Source: Gammaproteobacteria bacterium (lineage in GTDB: Bacteria; Pseudomonadota; Gammaproteobacteria; UBA4575). Taken from it: DNA of 64,000 nt. The translations under genes were made by a program, and so were the position numbers. The notes beneath the pieces were generated by a model. That model did not search any database. It saw only the letters and a list, made by a program, of their open reading frames with translations, and had not been told where the DNA came from. Numbering within the stretch: position 1 is the first letter of the stretch; every line of letters begins with the position of its first letter. The stretch covers positions 896,001 through 960,000 of the forward strand of contig CBDEUS010000001.1 in NCBI GenBank assembly GCA_965243395.1. The letters run 5' to 3'. Shown piece by piece: positions 62,381 through 64,000 of this stretch.

Positions 62381-62989
62381 TTACTTAGAAGGTGTTGCGT
62401 CTGCTACAACAGGGGCTATGTTGTACATACCTTCAAACATTTTCTGGAAACTTGTTGGATCCATCATCCATGATGTTGATTTTTCAACAAATTTTGGATC
62501 AGTAAATTGCGCATAGTATGCAGGATTCATGAATGCAGCCATGTAATTCATATAAAGCTGAGGATTCATGTATGTATTCATTGCAGATGTGTAGAACGCA
62601 GGATTCATCATAGCGGCAGTCCAGTTCATGTACATTTGTGGGTTCATAAATTGGGCTGAAGCGCTCATCCAAGATGCTGGATTGCTCATATAAGCCATGA
62701 TTTCATTGAATTGCTCTTGATCTAGACAAGTATTCATTGCTCGAAAAGGCACTTGTGGATCATTAAAAATGGCTAGAAACTCCATGAATTTTGCTGGGTC
62801 TGCCATTGTTGCTGCCATAACTTGTGGGTCTGTGTAAGCCTTTAACTTACAATCTTCAGTTTTGGCTACTGCATCATCTTGTTTAATAGTGTCAGTAGTT
62901 TCACCAAAGACAACAGTTGAGATGCTGATTAAAAGAACAACTGCTAGTGCAGCAAGCGAATATTTATAAGAAGTGATAAAGGATTTCAT
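62381..62989 (-). CDS. Exported Met/aromatic-rich protein with ~13-aa (M)NP/DP repeats
   Basis: Signal peptide; MSNPASW, FMNPQMY, MMNPAFY, YMNPQLY, FMNPAYY, WMMDP. Confidence 0.85.
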   Translation of the reverse strand: MKSFITSYKYSLAALAVVLLISISTVVFGETTDTIKQDDAVAKTEDCKLKAYTDPQVMAATMADPAKFMEFLAIFNDPQVPFRAMNTCLDQEQFNEIMAYMSNPASWMSASAQFMNPQMYMNWTAAMMNPAFYTSAMNTYMNPQLYMNYMAAFMNPAYYAQFTDPKFVEKSTSWMMDPTSFQKMFEGMYNIAPVVADATPSK

Positions 62990-63289
62990 TGGAACTTACC
63001 CCTGTTAATTAATAAATGTATTAGAATATATTAATATAATATTATTCTAATGCCACTAAAATATATTAATAAGAAGATAAGATCTAGAGATATATATATA
63101 TTTCAATAGTTTAAGCTAGAAAGAATTATTACCAAAGAAATAGCATCAAACCTGAAATGAGTATTAAAGCTCTAGTATTAGATAGATTATCCGTGAAAGT
63201 AATACTTACTTACATTAAAGCTGAATATAGGTGGGATACAGAAAATGGCATAAAGGCACGATAGAAGTGTAAGTAGCTTGATATATATA

Positions 63290-63317
63290 ACTTCGCATAA
63301 TATATATTATGTTAAAT
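63290..63317 (+). other. dif: dif site (XerC/XerD chromosome dimer resolution)
   Basis: ACTTCGCATAA-TATATA-TTATGTTAAAT; XerD arm identical to E. coli dif; intergenic. Confidence 0.92.
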
Positions 63318-63571
63318 ATAATATATGTAAGTTATTCATATAGTTGAGGAAGATCCCTCCTGCTTTTAGTCAACAAATTCGCATTTATAGAGATACGCCA
63401 GCATACGCAGCCAGGTTTGGTCATAGTTAGGTGCGAATTATTCAATAAACGCCTCGGTTTACGTTTCACTCAGCGGGACCTAAAACTATACTGGATCGAT
63501 GACAACGCCTACGAGAATATGAGCGTTGGATGAATCGTATTATTCAATACAAGTTTGATTTTATATAAATA

Positions 63572-63907
63572 TTATTTACAAATTGTAGCAATTTTATTTA
63601 ATACCAATTTATATAAACCTTCTATTTCTCTACATTTTGCATAAATCTCTTCATCGTCAAATTCTTCTTCTGCTATATTTTTGTATTTAGCATTGAAAAT
63701 TGCTACTTCTTGATTATATTTCAAAAACTCATCAGAAGCTTCTTGTGCATCCATCAATATTAAATTAGTTTTTATTAAAGTAGGTAAATTATCATATTTT
63801 AAAAATTCAGTTATGCATTCACGATACTTCTGATATATAGTTTGTTTAACATCAGGATCTTCATCTTTGTCAACTTGATGTATACAAACATATTTAGACA
63901 TTTTCAC
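63572..63907 (-). CDS. Hypothetical protein (low GC)
   Basis: 111-aa ORF right of dif; no motif recognised. Confidence 0.55.
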   Translation of the reverse strand: MKMSKYVCIHQVDKDEDPDVKQTIYQKYRECITEFLKYDNLPTLIKTNLILMDAQEASDEFLKYNQEVAIFNAKYKNIAEEEFDDEEIYAKCREIEGLYKLVLNKIATICK

Positions 63908-64000
63908 AAATAACTCATTTTGCTTTCTCTAATTACTTCCTTGAGTGAAGTCCCCATAAGCCAACCTGATTTTGAAAATACTATAGATTAAATAATAGTG

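Noticed and set aside
41875-63051. Shared ATATTAG/CTAATAT operator upstream of sulfur genes (41875, 46250, 52267, ~63019)
   Set aside because: Half-site spacing is inconsistent and the regions are very AT-rich, so chance cannot be excluded without motif statistics

Overview
AT-rich chromosome segment, probably from a sulfur-oxidising Gammaproteobacterium and close to the replication terminus (XerC/D dif site at 63290-63317). Left to right: (1) 1-9.4 kb accessory block downstream of tmRNA (ssrA), with no integrase in the window but punctuated by a 44-bp direct repeat (3 copies) and a ~30-bp imperfect palindrome (3 copies, each just after a stop codon), giving a cassette-like look; (2) core genes purL, glyA-nrdR-ribD-(proteasome homolog)-ribE-ribH-nusB-thiL-pgpA; (3) a tightly coupled HEAT-repeat Ser/Thr kinase / two PilT-like ATPases / aspartyl protease / cyclase-FHA operon; (4) gltX-tRNA-Ala, a gspC-N type II secretion cluster, tRNA-Glu; (5) a sulfur-oxidation region (DsrE2-like, fccAB with a NapC/NirT cytochrome, YeeE/YedE, soxYZ) that encloses four exported, extremely Met-rich repeat proteins, with a fifth relative at 62.4-63.0 kb; (6) a Pil-Chp-like chemosensory operon, a HAD dehalogenase homolog lacking its nucleophile, and dif. 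The best candidates for an undescribed system are the Met-rich periplasmic protein cluster and the repeat-delimited modules next to ssrA. All calls come from reading motifs by eye; no database searches were run.
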